Position numbers and translations under genes: made by a program
Part shown: positions 14,779 through 26,262 of the stretch, one piece after another
Layout of the letters: every line of letters starts with the position of its first letter
Position numbering within the stretch: position 1 is the stretch's first letter
Origin: Azolla caroliniana
Taxonomy: Eukaryota > Plantae > Polypodiophyta
Direction of reading: 5' to 3'
Assembly (NCBI GenBank): GCA_043228905.1
Contig: JBHGNT010000002.1
Location: 930,001-994,000, forward strand
DNA: 64,000 nucleotides
The notes under the pieces: generated by a model
Databases searched by the model: none
Seen by the model: the letters and a program-made list of their open reading frames with translations, nothing else
Told to the model about the DNA's origin: nothing

Positions 14779-14791
14779 TTGAACCAATTTG
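14779..14791 (+). promoter_or_regulatory. Self-priming primer-binding site (not a tRNA PBS)
   Basis: TTGAACCAATTTG, 2 nt after the 5' LTR, is the exact reverse complement of CAAATTGGTTCAA (14548-14560), about 32 nt downstream of TATAAAA (14516). No TGG-starting tRNA PBS is present. Confidence 0.8.
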
Positions 14792-14845
14792 TTCCTCTAG
14801 CCTACTTGTCACTCTCCCTCATCCTCCTACCCTTTTCCCTATACT

Positions 14846-16002
14846 ATGGCTACTGTTAGCGCCCAAGAATACCAATCCGTTTTCTCCGAGCTACAGTGCC
14901 TAAAAGAAAAGTTTGTTGCCCTGGAACAAGAAAACCAACGGCTGATAGGGGATCTGCAACAAATCGCTCTAGAAAAACAACAAACGCAACAACAACATGG
15001 GGAGTTAGCGTTACGGGTACAACAACTCGAAGCAGCGTTGCAACAACAAGGATCCAGTCCCCAAGGATTTCATAAAGAGCCCAAATTGGACTTCCTGTGA
15101 AATTTGATGGAACGCGTTCGCAATTCCGGGGATTCCTTAATCAGGTACGCTTAGTCATCCAGATGCATCCTTCCCGATATCCCACTGATGCATCTCGAGT
15201 CGGCCTAATAGGCACGCTACTTAGCGGCTCAGCCTTGGCATGGTTTGCTCCGCTTCTAGAAAAACAATCACCCTTACTTAATAACTTTGAAGATTTTATT
15301 GGTGAGTTTAAAGCCTGCTTTGGAGACACCGACAACATCAGGACGACGATCAACAAGATCCGGCGATTGCGTCAAGGCGATCGTCCAGCCTCTGCCTACG
15401 CGGCGGATTTCCGCCTACTTGCTTCAGATATACCCTGGGATGATCAAGCACTAATGGAGCAGTTTCGCTATGGCTTGCGAAACGATGTCAAAGATCTACT
15501 TCTAACTTTCCCCGAAGAACCAAAGTCTCTTACGGAGGCAATCAGTCGAGCAGTTCGATGTGAGAACCGCCTTTTTGAACGACGTTCAGAACGTCAATTA
15601 CAGATACCACGCTCTAGGCCAGAGCCCACTTACGCCGCAGTCGCGGCTAAACCGTTTGCACGAGACATACCTCAAGCAAATACTTCGACACCGATGGAGA
15701 TCGATACCATGCGTCGACGCGGCCCGTTATCGGAAGAAGAAAAGCAACGACGACGTGCCAATCGATTATGTCTTTATTGCGGTGGACCAGGACATATCGC
15801 CATCAATTGTCCCCATAGGCCAAGAAGACAGGTAAATCAAATCGTCGCCTGTACTAAACCCGAGTCAATTCTTCCCTTCGGAGTGTCTGATAGTATTAAT
15901 AGTACTAATAGAGTGTCAGATAGTATTCATAGTACTAATAGCCCAATTATCTCAAATAAATTTGAAATCCTTAGTCAATTAGATGAAGAGTTAAACGATT
16001 GA
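14846..16002 (+). pseudogene. gag: Gypsy gag (coiled coil, capsid, CCHC knuckle) with 1-bp deletion near 15085
   Basis: ORFs 14846-15100 and 15097-16002 form one ORF in copy B (44941-46098). CLYCGGPGHIAINC. Confidence 0.9.
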
Positions 16003-16044
16003 GTCCAGCCAAAATAGGAGCCATTTGGTTGGACAACAGCCCTA
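15990..16044 (+). promoter_or_regulatory. Putative -1 ribosomal frameshift signal (G_TTA_AAC plus H-type pseudoknot)
   Basis: pol is in the -1 frame. Heptamer 15990-15996, 6-nt spacer, stem GTCCAGCCAAA/TTTGGTTGGAC (16003-16013/16024-16034), and the loop TAGG(A)GC can pair with GCCCTA (16039-16044). Conserved in copy B. Confidence 0.78.
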
Positions 16045-19000
16045 GATCTGTACAGCCCATTAGTGGTTCCATTCCTTCCAAGCAAGTTAGCAATGTGTTC
16101 CTAGCCCAAGTCATTGTTAGTACTAAAAGTACTCCCCCAATACCCATCCTAGCACTTTTAGATTCCGGAGCTAATTCCTGTTTCATGGATCGAAATTTTG
16201 CCCAAGCTTCTCAGATATCCTTAAGAAAACTTCCTTGTCCCGCATCTGTAGTGGTCATTGATGGTCGTCCCATTGCTTCCGGGAATATTGTAGAAGAATC
16301 AGAACCCATTCAAGTTGTCCTAGGTAGTTTTGTGTGTATAATATCATTTAATATAATTAGTAGTCCAGAGCATCCCATTGTCCTAGGATTACCTTGGCTT
16401 GAATTACATAATCCAGCCATAGATTGGAGAACAAGAGAAGTCCGATATCGACCACCCCAAGAATCAACTCACCGAGTTTCGACCATTTCACTCCATCAAC
16501 TACGCGAAGAAGGACCCAAGGAGGCAATGTTCCTATTTGCCATATCAGTACATCCTTCTAGCACTATTAAGAAGGACTCCTCAATACAACTTCCGGCAAA
16601 ATATCATCCTTATGCCGATGTATTTGACAAGGTAAAAGCCGGTACCCTTCCTCATCACCGTCCCTATGACTATCCCATCGATTTACAACCAGGAACCGAG
16701 CCACCATGGGGACCAATTTACAACTTGTCACCCACCGAGTTAGAAGTCCTTCGAGCCTACATAGAGGAGAACTTGGCAAGCGGGTTCATCCGTCATTCGA
16801 AATCTCCGGCCGGTGCACCCATCTTCTTTGTCAAGAAGAAAGATGGCTCACTTCGTCTTGTCGTTGATTACCGCAGATTGAATAAAGTCACCATCCGGAA
16901 TAGGTATGCACTTCCTCTTATATCAAGTCTTTTAGAGTGAGTTAATGGTGCCAAGTTTTTTACTAAAATCGACCTACGAGGAGCGTATAATCTCGTGCGG
17001 ATCCGACCGGGAGATGAGTGGAAGACCGCTTTTCGCACACGGTATGGGCATTTCGAGTATACTGTTATGCCGTTTGGCCTAACCAATGCACCTGCAGTCT
17101 TCCAACACATGGCAAATGATATATTCAGAGACCTCTTGGATATCTGTTTGATCATTTATCTGGATGATTTGTTGATTTATTCGAAGACCCAGGAAGAGCA
17201 CGATTCTCATGTACTATTAGTACTAAAGCGACTCCGCGAGAATGGTCTTTATGCCAAGCTAGAGAAATGTAGCTTTGACTGCAAGCAAGTGGAATTTCTA
17301 GGCTACGTCATCTCCTCAAAGGGCATCGCCATGGATCCAGCTAAAATCCAAACTGTACTAGAGTGGCAAATTCCACGGTCGGTACGAGATGTACAATGTT
17401 TTCTAGGCTTTGCTAACTTCTACCGTAAGTTTATACAGGATTACTCGAAGATTATTTTACCTCTCACACAACTTACGAAGAAGGGCCAAGCATTTCTTTG
17501 GTCCATCGAAGCAGATATGGCTTTTCGGCATCTTAAGAAAGCCTTTACATCAGCACCGATTCTAGCTCATGTGGATACAAGCAAACCATTCATCATGGAG
17601 GCCGACGCATCAGATTTTGCCCTCGGTAGCATCCTTTCTCAACAAGGCGATAAAGAAGAGTTGCATCCGGTGGCTTTCCATTCGCGCAAATTCAATGTCG
17701 CAGAAATCAACTACGAAATACATGACAAGGAGTTATTAGCCATCGTGGATTCATTTGTACAATGGCGGCATTTCTTAGAGGGCTCTCCACATTAGGTCAT
17801 TGTCTTTAGCGATCATAAAAATCTTGCTTATTTTCAGAACGCTCGCGTACTAAATCGACAGCAAGCTCGGTGGGCGCAATTCCTCACGCGTTTCAACTTC
17901 GAAATCACATATCGACCGGGGAAGCAGCAAGGAAAAGCAGATGCACTATCACGGCGTTCATATCCTGCACCTCGTCCTGGTGACGCAACATTTGATAATC
18001 AAAAGCAAGTAATCTTGGGACCAACACGATTGCACACGACGCGGATTTTTCACACCCCGATGGATTCACGGATTACCGATGACATACGTGCAACCTTGAA
18101 GACGGATAGTTTTGCTCAAGACATCCTGGCGCACATTGATACTTCTCGGGCATCCTGTTCTCAGTCTCAACAACCAGGTATTGACTACCGACAATTCGAA
18201 TATCATGATGGTTTGTTATTCTTTAAAAAGCGCGTATATGTCCCTGATTGCTCCTGTCGCCTTCAAATCGTCCAACATTGTCACGACACCCATACGGCGG
18301 GACATTTCGGTAGTACCAAGACGTTGGAGTTAGTGCAACAATCTTTTTGGTGGCCCCACATGCGCCGTTTTGTCGACGACTACGTTCGGACCTGTGATGC
18401 TTGCTGCCGAGCAAAGATGCCACGACACCATCCATATGGCTTGTTGGAACCTTTACCAATTCCAAGTAAGCCATGGCAGTCTATTTGTCTTGATTTTATT
18501 ACAGATCTGCCGGTCTCGAAGGGGTTTGATGCTATCCTAACCGTCGTCGATCGATATACGAAGATGGCACATTTTGTGCCATGTACTAAAGCCATCACTA
18601 GCGAGGAAACCGCCGCTCTTGTTATGCGTGAGGTATTTCGGCATCATGGCCTACCAGACAGTATTATCAGTGACCGAGGCCCGCAATTTGTCTCCAAATT
18701 TTGGCAGCATCTCTTTAGGATGCTCAAGGTCTCCTGCAACCTCTCCTCCGGCTACCATCCTCAAACTGACGGACAGGCGGAACGAACAAACCAAACGTTG
18801 GAGCAATATCTCTGGTGTTTCCTGAGTTATCAACAGGACGATTGGGCCGAGATTCTCCACTTTGCGGAGTGTGCGTATAATAATGCTATTCACTCCTCGA
18901 CTCGGGTCTCCCCATTTCTCGCTTATACCGGTTTCCATCCTCGCTGGTCGGTGATCGACACTCCGGAGCTACCTACCAACCCTCGTGCCGAGGACCATTT

Positions 19001-19571
19001 GGAGAGGCTACGCAAGATCCAGATGGATCTCTCTACTCACCTTCGTCATGCTCAACACACACAGAAGACTTATGCGGATCGTCATCGGTTTCCCTCCTCT
19101 TTTGCCATCGGAGATCGAGTATGGCTCTTACGTCGTCACATCAAGACTACTCGACCGTGCGACAAGTTGGATTATCGACGACTCGGTCCTTTCCGTATTA
19201 CGGGGAAGATTAATGATGTCACCTTCCGCCTGGATCTCCCTCCGCAGCTTCAGATACATCCGGTTTTTCATTGTTCTCTTCTTGAACCTTATAAAGCAAA
19301 CACCATTCCCGATCGTGTGACACCACCGCCGCCCCCGCTGGAGTTGGACGCCGGCCCGGAATATGAAGTTGATGCCATCCTCGATTCCAAACTTGTTCGC
19401 AACAAACTTTATTACTTGGTCGATTGGCTTGGTTATAGTCCGAGCGAACGTACTTGGGAACCCGTCGAGAATGTTGCCAATGCACAAGATCTTCTTGCTG
19501 ATTTCCACCGAAAGTATCCGGACAAACCCCGTCCGCAATTAGCGCCGACTCGTTCTACTCGTCGTCTTTAA
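15999..19571 (+). pseudogene. pol: Gypsy pol (PR, RT, RNase H, integrase, chromodomain) with stops at 16938 and 17793
   Basis: LLDSGA, YLDD, ADASD..YEIHDKELLAIV, HHCC zinc finger, SDRGPQF, QTDGQAER and YLVDWLGYSPSERTWEP (chromodomain). All three ORF pieces are in one frame. Confidence 0.93.
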
Positions 19572-19991
19572 GGGGGAGATAGTGTCATGGCAAGACTCGA
19601 ACCCATGACTTTATGCTACATGGGTCGAGCTCTTACCATTAGATTATGAATTGTATTTTGTAGGATATTATTTTCATTTATACTTTATCATAGAAAATTG
19701 ATGTATATTCCAGATCTCTCTGGAACATTCTAGAAGCTTCAGGATTATTCCTAAAAACACTATAAAAGGAGGCACAAGGCATTGTTTTGAACCAAATTGG
19801 TTCAACGCCAGTCTTAAGCCTCTTAGCCGCTTGTACTTATCTTTTCACATAATATATAGCTGCTGTCATCATCTCTCTCTCTCTCTCATTCTCGCTATCT
19901 CTCTCTCTCTCCTCTTCTCACTTCCTCTCTCGGGAATCTTACGCAGTCTCGTCGTCTTAGTACTAATAGTACTGCTGTTCTTAGTACTAAT

Positions 19992-22900
19992 TGTTGGGGA
20001 CAAGGTCGTCAATGCGGAAGATCAAGAAGCATTCGATTGCTGTTGAATACCTGCGTATGACAGTTTCTAGGTCGTTGCACAGAGAGAGAGAGAGAGAGAG
20101 AGGCACAAAAGACTCTTTATTCCACAAAGCAATAATACAACACCCAACCTTACAAAAAGGTTACAAGGTCACTATATATAGTGACCGACTTAGGGCAACT
20201 ACCCTTTATGCTAATTACATAAATGGCCAAAACGGGATAGTGTGAATACGTCCATTATACACATGTATTCGACACTCCCCCGTAATGGGCGTATACATGG
20301 GTTATCTTAGATTACAGGTATAGACTTAGGTTCTCGGACATATCAGCTTTGTTCGAGTCGGCAGGGTCCGAAGGCAGAAGACCGAACTGGTCGGGTCGGA
20401 ACAGTTGAAGCCGATCATTAAGCAACTGATGTAAGTTGTCGGGAACCATCCTGCTCTGTGTCCGGCTCTAACCGGACTGGTTTGTCGTTACGCCCATCTG
20501 ATGCCGAAGAGACCGAAAACGGTCTGCCGAAAGACACTTGGTCATTCCATCTGCGACATTGTCGGTTGTGGATATTTTCTCTAGACCGATTTTCCCTGAA
20601 ATGACGCAGTCCCGAACGAAGTGATATCGAACATCGATATGTTTGGAGGCGTTGTGGTGAACCGGATTTTTCGACAAGGCAACAGCACCTTGACTGTCGC
20701 TGTAGACAACTGGAGCTGAGTCATGGTCGACTTGTCGAAACGTGTGCGCCAGCCGACCGAGCCACAAAGCTTCTTTTGCTGCGTCGGACGCAGCTACATA
20801 TTCTGCTTCGGTCGTTGAGGTCGCTGTGCACTCCTGAAGTTTCGACTTCCACGAGATTGCTCCATTGCCGAATTTGAAGCAGTATCCGGTTGTTGATTTC
20901 CGACTGTCTATACAGCCGGCGAAATCCGAGTCGGTGTAACCGACTACGCCTGAGGTTCGGTTCGGACCGAAAAGAATGCTGTGGTCTTTTGTGCCAGCCA
21001 GATATCTGAACACATGCTTGACTGCGTTCCAATGCGATCGGCCAGGATTGTGCATAAATCTGCTAACGACTCCTACGGCGTGAGAAATATCAGGCCGTGT
21101 CGCGACCATCAGGTACATAAGGGAGCCGACTGCCGGTGCATACGGTACCGACTTCATATCTTCCCCCTCCGAACCGGATGTCGGGCAGTCTCGCTGAGAG
21201 AGCCGAAGATTCATGGGGAGCGGGGTTGAAGCAGATTTGGCTGATTGCATGTTGAAGCGTTCCAAGACACGTCCGATATAGTCGGTCTGAGACAAAAAAA
21301 GATGTCGTTTATCGCGATGCCGACTGATCTTCATGCCAAGGATGTGTCGTGCCGGACCGAGGTCCTTCATGGCAAACTTCAACCGCAGTTGCCGAACGAG
21401 ATCGGCAAGTTCGCCCGCGTGGCGTCCAGAAATTAGCATGTCGTCCACGTAAATGATGAGGAAGATGGGTGATCCATCTTGAGCTGTGTTGGTGAAGAGA
21501 CAATGGTCCTCATCGCTTTTGGAGAAGCCGATCGATTGGATGAAGTCGTCGAACTTCTTGTACCATTGTCGTGGTGCCTGTTTGAGGCCGTATAGACTCT
21601 TCCTGAGTCGGCAGACTAGATGTTCTTGGCCAGTTGCCACGAAGCCTTTTGGCTGCTCCATATAAATTTCCTCTTCAAGATCACCATGGAGGAAGGCTGT
21701 TTTGACATCTAGCTGAATCAGCTCCAAGTTGTCGGCTGCCACTACGCCGAGTAGGAAACGAAGGGTTGTCATTTTCACCACTGGTGAAAAAATCTCGTCG
21801 AAGTCGACGCCATATTCTTGTCGGAAGCCCTTCGCAACTAATCTGGCCTTGTACTTTGGGGTGGTCGAATCATACGTCTCTTTTAGTCGATAAACCCACT
21901 TGCAAGGAAGAGCACGTCGGTTCCTAGGTAATTCGACCATATCCCAAGTCTTGTTTGCCCGGATGGAGTGCATTTCCGACTCCATCGCCAGATGCCAGGT
22001 GGTTGAATCGACAGATGTCGATGCTTCTTTGTAAGACGTCGGTTCGCCGGCGTCGGTGAAGAAAATTCCAGGAGAATACCTCTCCGGAGGTTGCGACAGT
22101 CTCTCGGATCGTCGAGGTATGATTGGACTGGTCGCATCGGGTATCGAGGTCGGATGGTCCGAAACCGAATCATTCGGCTGTGCCGAGTCAGAGTTGTCCG
22201 AGTCGGTAGTGTAAGGTTCAGCTACCCGTGAAGCTGACCGTGTGTTGAGAGCGGGGCCTTCTTGAAGGGTCGGCACATCGGAGAATGTTACCCTTCGGAC
22301 TTCGATCGGTTTTTCGACTGATGGATTCATAGCCGACTCGTTGAACACAACGTCCGAACTTCGAACGATTTGTCTGCGTTCGGGGTCCCAGAGTCGATAT
22401 CCCATTTCGCCGTCTGATCCATATCCAAGGAAAATGCATTTCCTGGACCGAGGTGCAAGTTTTCGGCGATCATCTTTCGGAATGAGGGCGTACGCCTCGC
22501 ATCCGAAGATCCTCAGCTTGTCGTAATTCGGCTTACTGCCGATCCATAGTTCCTGAGGAATTTGAAGTCCTAGAGGTCTACTTGGCGACATATTGATTAT
22601 GTGTACTGCCGTGAGTAGAGCCTCTGCCCAGAAGCCATCCGACAGTCGGGAGTGTTGGAGCATGGAAACTATCCATTCTTGGATTGTCCGATTCATTCGT
22701 TCTGCAATCCCGTTTTGCTCCGGACTGTGTGGTGCCGTAAATTCACGTCGGATGCCGCGTTGTCGGCAGAATTTGACGAATTCTTCGGATTTGAACTCTC
22801 CCCCATTGTCTGTCCGAAGGCATTTCAGCTTTCGGTCGGTTTGATTTTCTACCATAGCGAGCCAATCGGTGAAGATCGAGAAGACACGATCTTTGGTGCG

Positions 22901-25438
22901 AATTGGATAAGCCCACACCTTTCGAGTCGAATCGTCAATAAAACTGACGAAGTAGGAGGCACCGCCTAGAGACTGATGCAGCATTGGGCCACAGACGTCC
23001 GAATGGACTAAATCAAGAGGTCTCGTTTCTCTTGGTGCTGATGTCGGGTGTGATGCGGCTGCTTGTTTGCCATACTGGCAATGCTCGCAGAATTGATGGT
23101 CGGAGAAGGAGAGTTTGGGGATGTATCCGGCTCTAGATAGATGCGTGATGCCGGCCTGGCTAAGGTGTCCTAATCTTCTGTGCCATAGTGATGACACAGG
23201 AATATCCACCAAAAACAGGTTACCCTCTCTGAGCGTAACATGTAACGGATACAGGGAGTGTATCTTGGGTCCTCTAGCAAGCAGGAGGTTCCCCCTGTGG
23301 AGTGTCCACCCTCCCGAAGAAAAACCGGCACGAATGCCGTCTTCATCTAGTTGTCCGACTGAGATCAATGGCCTTGAGAGCTCGGGTACATGTCGGACAT
23401 TGTGAAGTACAAGTGTAGAGCCACCTGCAAGGTTGAGCTCTACTGTGCCGATTCCGATGATGTCACAGTGTTGTGAGTTGCCGACTCGAACTGAGTCGGA
23501 GTGACGGATCGTATATTGCCGAAATTGTGATCTATGAGGAGTCACGTGAAATGACGCGCCCGAATCCAAGAGCCATGTGCTCGATTCTTCAGTCGTGAGC
23601 AGAACTTCGGATCCGACTGGATTTTCGATTGACAGTATATTCGGGTCGTCCGGTAGTACATCAGCCGAGAAGTTGACGTAATTGATCTCCTCATGCCGGC
23701 CACTCTTCTTGTTGTTCTTGTGCTTGAGTGCGCGGCAGTCGGCTTTGATGTGTCCGGGTTTCTTGCAATAGTTGCAGATTCGGTTATCCCGTGACTGGCT
23801 CCGTCTTCCCTGATTGTTCGGCGGCCGTGAGGAATCTCGTCCTCGTATGTTCGATCGGTCTGTTGAACCTTGCACTACATAAGCGTCGTCTGTTGAGTCT
23901 TTGGCGAAAGACTTTCTCCGAGCTGCTTCGGTCAGGATTGCGCTCGTGACTTCGGAGTATTTAACAACCGTGGTTGACGCGTTGCACACGGTTGTGACGA
24001 AAGTTTCCCATGATGAGGGAAGGCTACTCATGAGTATCATTGCTCTGAGTTCATCCTCGATTGCCGTCCCCTGTGACGAGATTTGGGAGCTTATGCTTTC
24101 GTACTCATTGAGGTGTGCTTGAACCGAGTCGGATTCTTTCATCCGCAAGTTATAGAGGCGCCGGATCAGAAACATCTTTGTTGCGGCGACCTTCTTTTCG
24201 TAAGTGTCCGACAGTGTTTTCCACAGTTCGAATGCTGTCGTACACGATTGCACCGTAAAGTATACCGATTCCGATAGGTGCATCCGAATCGTGGCGCGGA
24301 CGATTCTGTCCAGCTTTTGCCACTCAATTGGTTTGTATCCTTCTGGAGGTTCTTCATTTTCGATGGGATCGATTTGCCCCTTGACTATGAGATAGTCCTG
24401 CATTTGTTCCTTCCAGAAGTTGAAGTTCGATCCATCGAACTTGCGTAGACTCATTTCTGACGAGCCGGATGTTGATGCCATCAAATTTGGTTTCGGTTGA
24501 CGGAGCTCGGTTCGGAGTTGACTACGAACCTTGTTGGAGTGCAGCCGGTTGGCTCACCCGATATCGTTCTAGTCGGATTTGAACCCGAGTCGGTTCGGCT
24601 TCGGAACTTGCTCGAAATGACTCCGGTAGCTTGAGGGACAGAACCGACTGGTCTTCCCGAATGTTGCCGAGTCGGAGTGAGCCCGGTTCGCTTCGGATAT
24701 ATATGCCGAATACCGATTATTGAAACCGATTATCTGGACCGATTCTGCTTCGGTTGACTGCAGCAACGAGAGAGACGGATCCAACTGATCCTCCCGAATG
24801 TCGATAAGCCAGATGAAGCACGAATTTGGGGTTGTTGTCTTAAGACCGATCTGCACCGAGTTGTTACAACGAGCAACGAGCAGCGTTTAATGACCTTTTC
24901 GGATGCCGTTTAACCGAATGGAGCACGATCGTGTCAATGATGCACAAGGGGATTTCACCTCGAGCGGTTACGATCACAAGGAACAGAGTACAACCTGATG
25001 GCTTACTCCAAGCAAGAGGATCTAACGCGATGAGGTGCAAACCTCGTTTTTGTTCTTCTTCTCTCTTTCTTCGAATGACGCGAGGAAACCGAATGCTGAG
25101 ACGACGGCCGACAGCGGATCGAAGGACCGACTACTGTGCAGGCTCTGATACCAGATGTTGGGGACAAGGTCGTCAATGCGGAAGATCAAGAAGCATTCGA
25201 TTGCTGTTGAATACCTGCGTATGACAGTTTCTAGGTCGTTGCACAGAGAGAGAGAGAGAGAGAGAGGCACAAAAGACTCTTTATTCCACAAAGCAATAAT
25301 ACAACACCCAACCTTACAAAAAGGTTACAAGGTCACTATATATAGTGACCGACTTAGGGCAACTACCCTTTATGCTAATTACATAAATGGCCAAAACGGG
25401 ATAGTGTGAATACGTCCATTATACACATGTATTCGACA
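19992..25438 (-). mobile_element. Ty1/Copia element 1, intact, nested in the Gypsy A 3' LTR
   Basis: LTRs 19992-20274 and 25156-25438 (283 bp, no differences seen). TSD CTAAT. tRNA-iMet PBS TGGTATCAGAGCC at 25141-25153. PPT next to the left LTR. Confidence 0.97.
20468..24484 (-). CDS. Copia gag-pol polyprotein (1338 aa, uninterrupted)
   Basis: CNYCKKPGHIKADC, WLLDSGAS, HSDVCGP..TDNGGEF..AERMNRT, QLDVKTAFL, YVDD, YTDSD..TEAEY, KHIDVRYHF; integrase precedes RT. Confidence 0.95.
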   Translation of the reverse strand: MMASTSGSSEMSLRKFDGSNFNFWKEQMQDYLIVKGQIDPIENEEPPEGYKPIEWQKLDRIVRATIRMHLSESVYFTVQSCTTAFELWKTLSDTYEKKVAATKMFLIRRLYNLRMKESDSVQAHLNEYESISSQISSQGTAIEDELRAMILMSSLPSSWETFVTTVCNASTTVVKYSEVTSAILTEAARRKSFAKDSTDDAYVVQGSTDRSNIRGRDSSRPPNNQGRRSQSRDNRICNYCKKPGHIKADCRALKHKNNKKSGRHEEINYVNFSADVLPDDPNILSIENPVGSEVLLTTEESSTWLLDSGASFHVTPHRSQFRQYTIRHSDSVRVGNSQHCDIIGIGTVELNLAGGSTLVLHNVRHVPELSRPLISVGQLDEDGIRAGFSSGGWTLHRGNLLLARGPKIHSLYPLHVTLREGNLFLVDIPVSSLWHRRLGHLSQAGITHLSRAGYIPKLSFSDHQFCEHCQYGKQAAASHPTSAPRETRPLDLVHSDVCGPMLHQSLGGASYFVSFIDDSTRKVWAYPIRTKDRVFSIFTDWLAMVENQTDRKLKCLRTDNGGEFKSEEFVKFCRQRGIRREFTAPHSPEQNGIAERMNRTIQEWIVSMLQHSRLSDGFWAEALLTAVHIINMSPSRPLGLQIPQELWIGSKPNYDKLRIFGCEAYALIPKDDRRKLAPRSRKCIFLGYGSDGEMGYRLWDPERRQIVRSSDVVFNESAMNPSVEKPIEVRRVTFSDVPTLQEGPALNTRSASRVAEPYTTDSDNSDSAQPNDSVSDHPTSIPDATSPIIPRRSERLSQPPERYSPGIFFTDAGEPTSYKEASTSVDSTTWHLAMESEMHSIRANKTWDMVELPRNRRALPCKWVYRLKETYDSTTPKYKARLVAKGFRQEYGVDFDEIFSPVVKMTTLRFLLGVVAADNLELIQLDVKTAFLHGDLEEEIYMEQPKGFVATGQEHLVCRLRKSLYGLKQAPRQWYKKFDDFIQSIGFSKSDEDHCLFTNTAQDGSPIFLIIYVDDMLISGRHAGELADLVRQLRLKFAMKDLGPARHILGMKISRHRDKRHLFLSQTDYIGRVLERFNMQSAKSASTPLPMNLRLSQRDCPTSGSEGEDMKSVPYAPAVGSLMYLMVATRPDISHAVGVVSRFMHNPGRSHWNAVKHVFRYLAGTKDHSILFGPNRTSGVVGYTDSDFAGCIDSRKSTTGYCFKFGNGAISWKSKLQECTATSTTEAEYVAASDAAKEALWLGRLAHTFRQVDHDSAPVVYSDSQGAVALSKNPVHHNASKHIDVRYHFVRDCVISGKIGLEKISTTDNVADGMTKCLSADRFRSLRHQMGVTTNQSG

Positions 25439-25479
25439 CTAATTCCATCTATGTTTTAGTACTATTCCTGACAGTACAT

Positions 25480-25915
25480 ATATCAACTAATTTAAGCATT
25501 GTGATTATTCCCACTACATGATTAACTCAATCTATTTATTGAGTAAATCAATGCAACTAGCCCATCGTGTGACCATATTACTGACCTACCAATCTATCTA
25601 TCCACTAATTGAAGCACTAAAATAAGTCCATCTATCCATTCGAGTAAAGCAACGAATCTATCTGAGTAAGGCACATTGCAATTAGTCCATCCATCCCTTC
25701 GCCATATATTGATCCATCCATCCATTTACCTATCTATCTATCTATCTATCGGGTACAACACTTCGATAAGTCCATTGAGCTATCTATCTATGCGAGTAAA
25801 GCAATCAATCTATCCAAGTAAAGCAATGCAATGCAATTTGTCCATTTGTCCTGCCATCTATCCATGTATCCGAGTAAAGAAATGCAAAATTAGTCCATCT
25901 ATGGCATATTATTAG
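25480..25915. repeat. Degenerate tandem/simple-repeat region (gagtaaagcaatgcaattagtccatc-like units, (TATC)n)
   Basis: Repeated gagtaaa..aatgcaa..agtccatc motifs and tatc runs upstream of the GTPase gene. Confidence 0.5.
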
Positions 25916-26262
25916 TGAAGGAGTGAGATTTGAACCCTTGATGCATGCATGGCATGGCAGAGCAGAGCAGAGCATGGGGGCGGGGGGGGGGGTGTTGATC
26001 GATAAGAATGGAAACATGTGTTCATAGTAGCAATCACCTTCCCTTTCAGGAAGAAAGAAAAGAAGAGGAGAGGAAGAAAGACAGACAGGTGACTGAAAGA
26101 AAGAAAGAAAAGGCAGACATGGAGGAAAGAAAGAGAGACAGGTGACGGAAGAGGAGTGGAAGAAGAAAGAGGAGGAAAGAAGAATCAAGAAGGAAGCGAA
26201 AGGAAGAAGGAGAAGAAAGAAGAGAAGAAGAGGTCTTCTGAGAGGCAGAAAGAGAGAAGAAG

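Larger units (their letters stand above)
14338..25473 (+). mobile_element. Ty3/Gypsy chromovirus copy A (Tcn1/Tf1-like), full length, disrupted; 3' LTR interrupted by a Copia
   Basis: 5' LTR 14338-14776 (TG..CA). 3' LTR 19583-19991 plus 25439-25473. TSD GTACA at 14333-14337 and 25474-25478. PPT AAGGGGGAGATAG at ~19570-19582. Domain order gag-PR-RT-RH-IN-chromodomain. About 5 differences between the LTRs. Confidence 0.96.

Noticed and set aside
17793-17795. U-to-C RNA editing as repair of the shared TAG
   Set aside because: Reverse editing in ferns and hornworts is known only for organellar transcripts; there is no support for a nuclear retroelement.
24569-24856. Upstream ORF as an in-frame readthrough extension of Copia 1 gag
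   Set aside because: A second stop (TGA) lies between it and the gag start.
25918-25945. B-box-like GGGTTCAAATCTC on the minus strand
   Set aside because: No A box or SINE body recognisable; too short.
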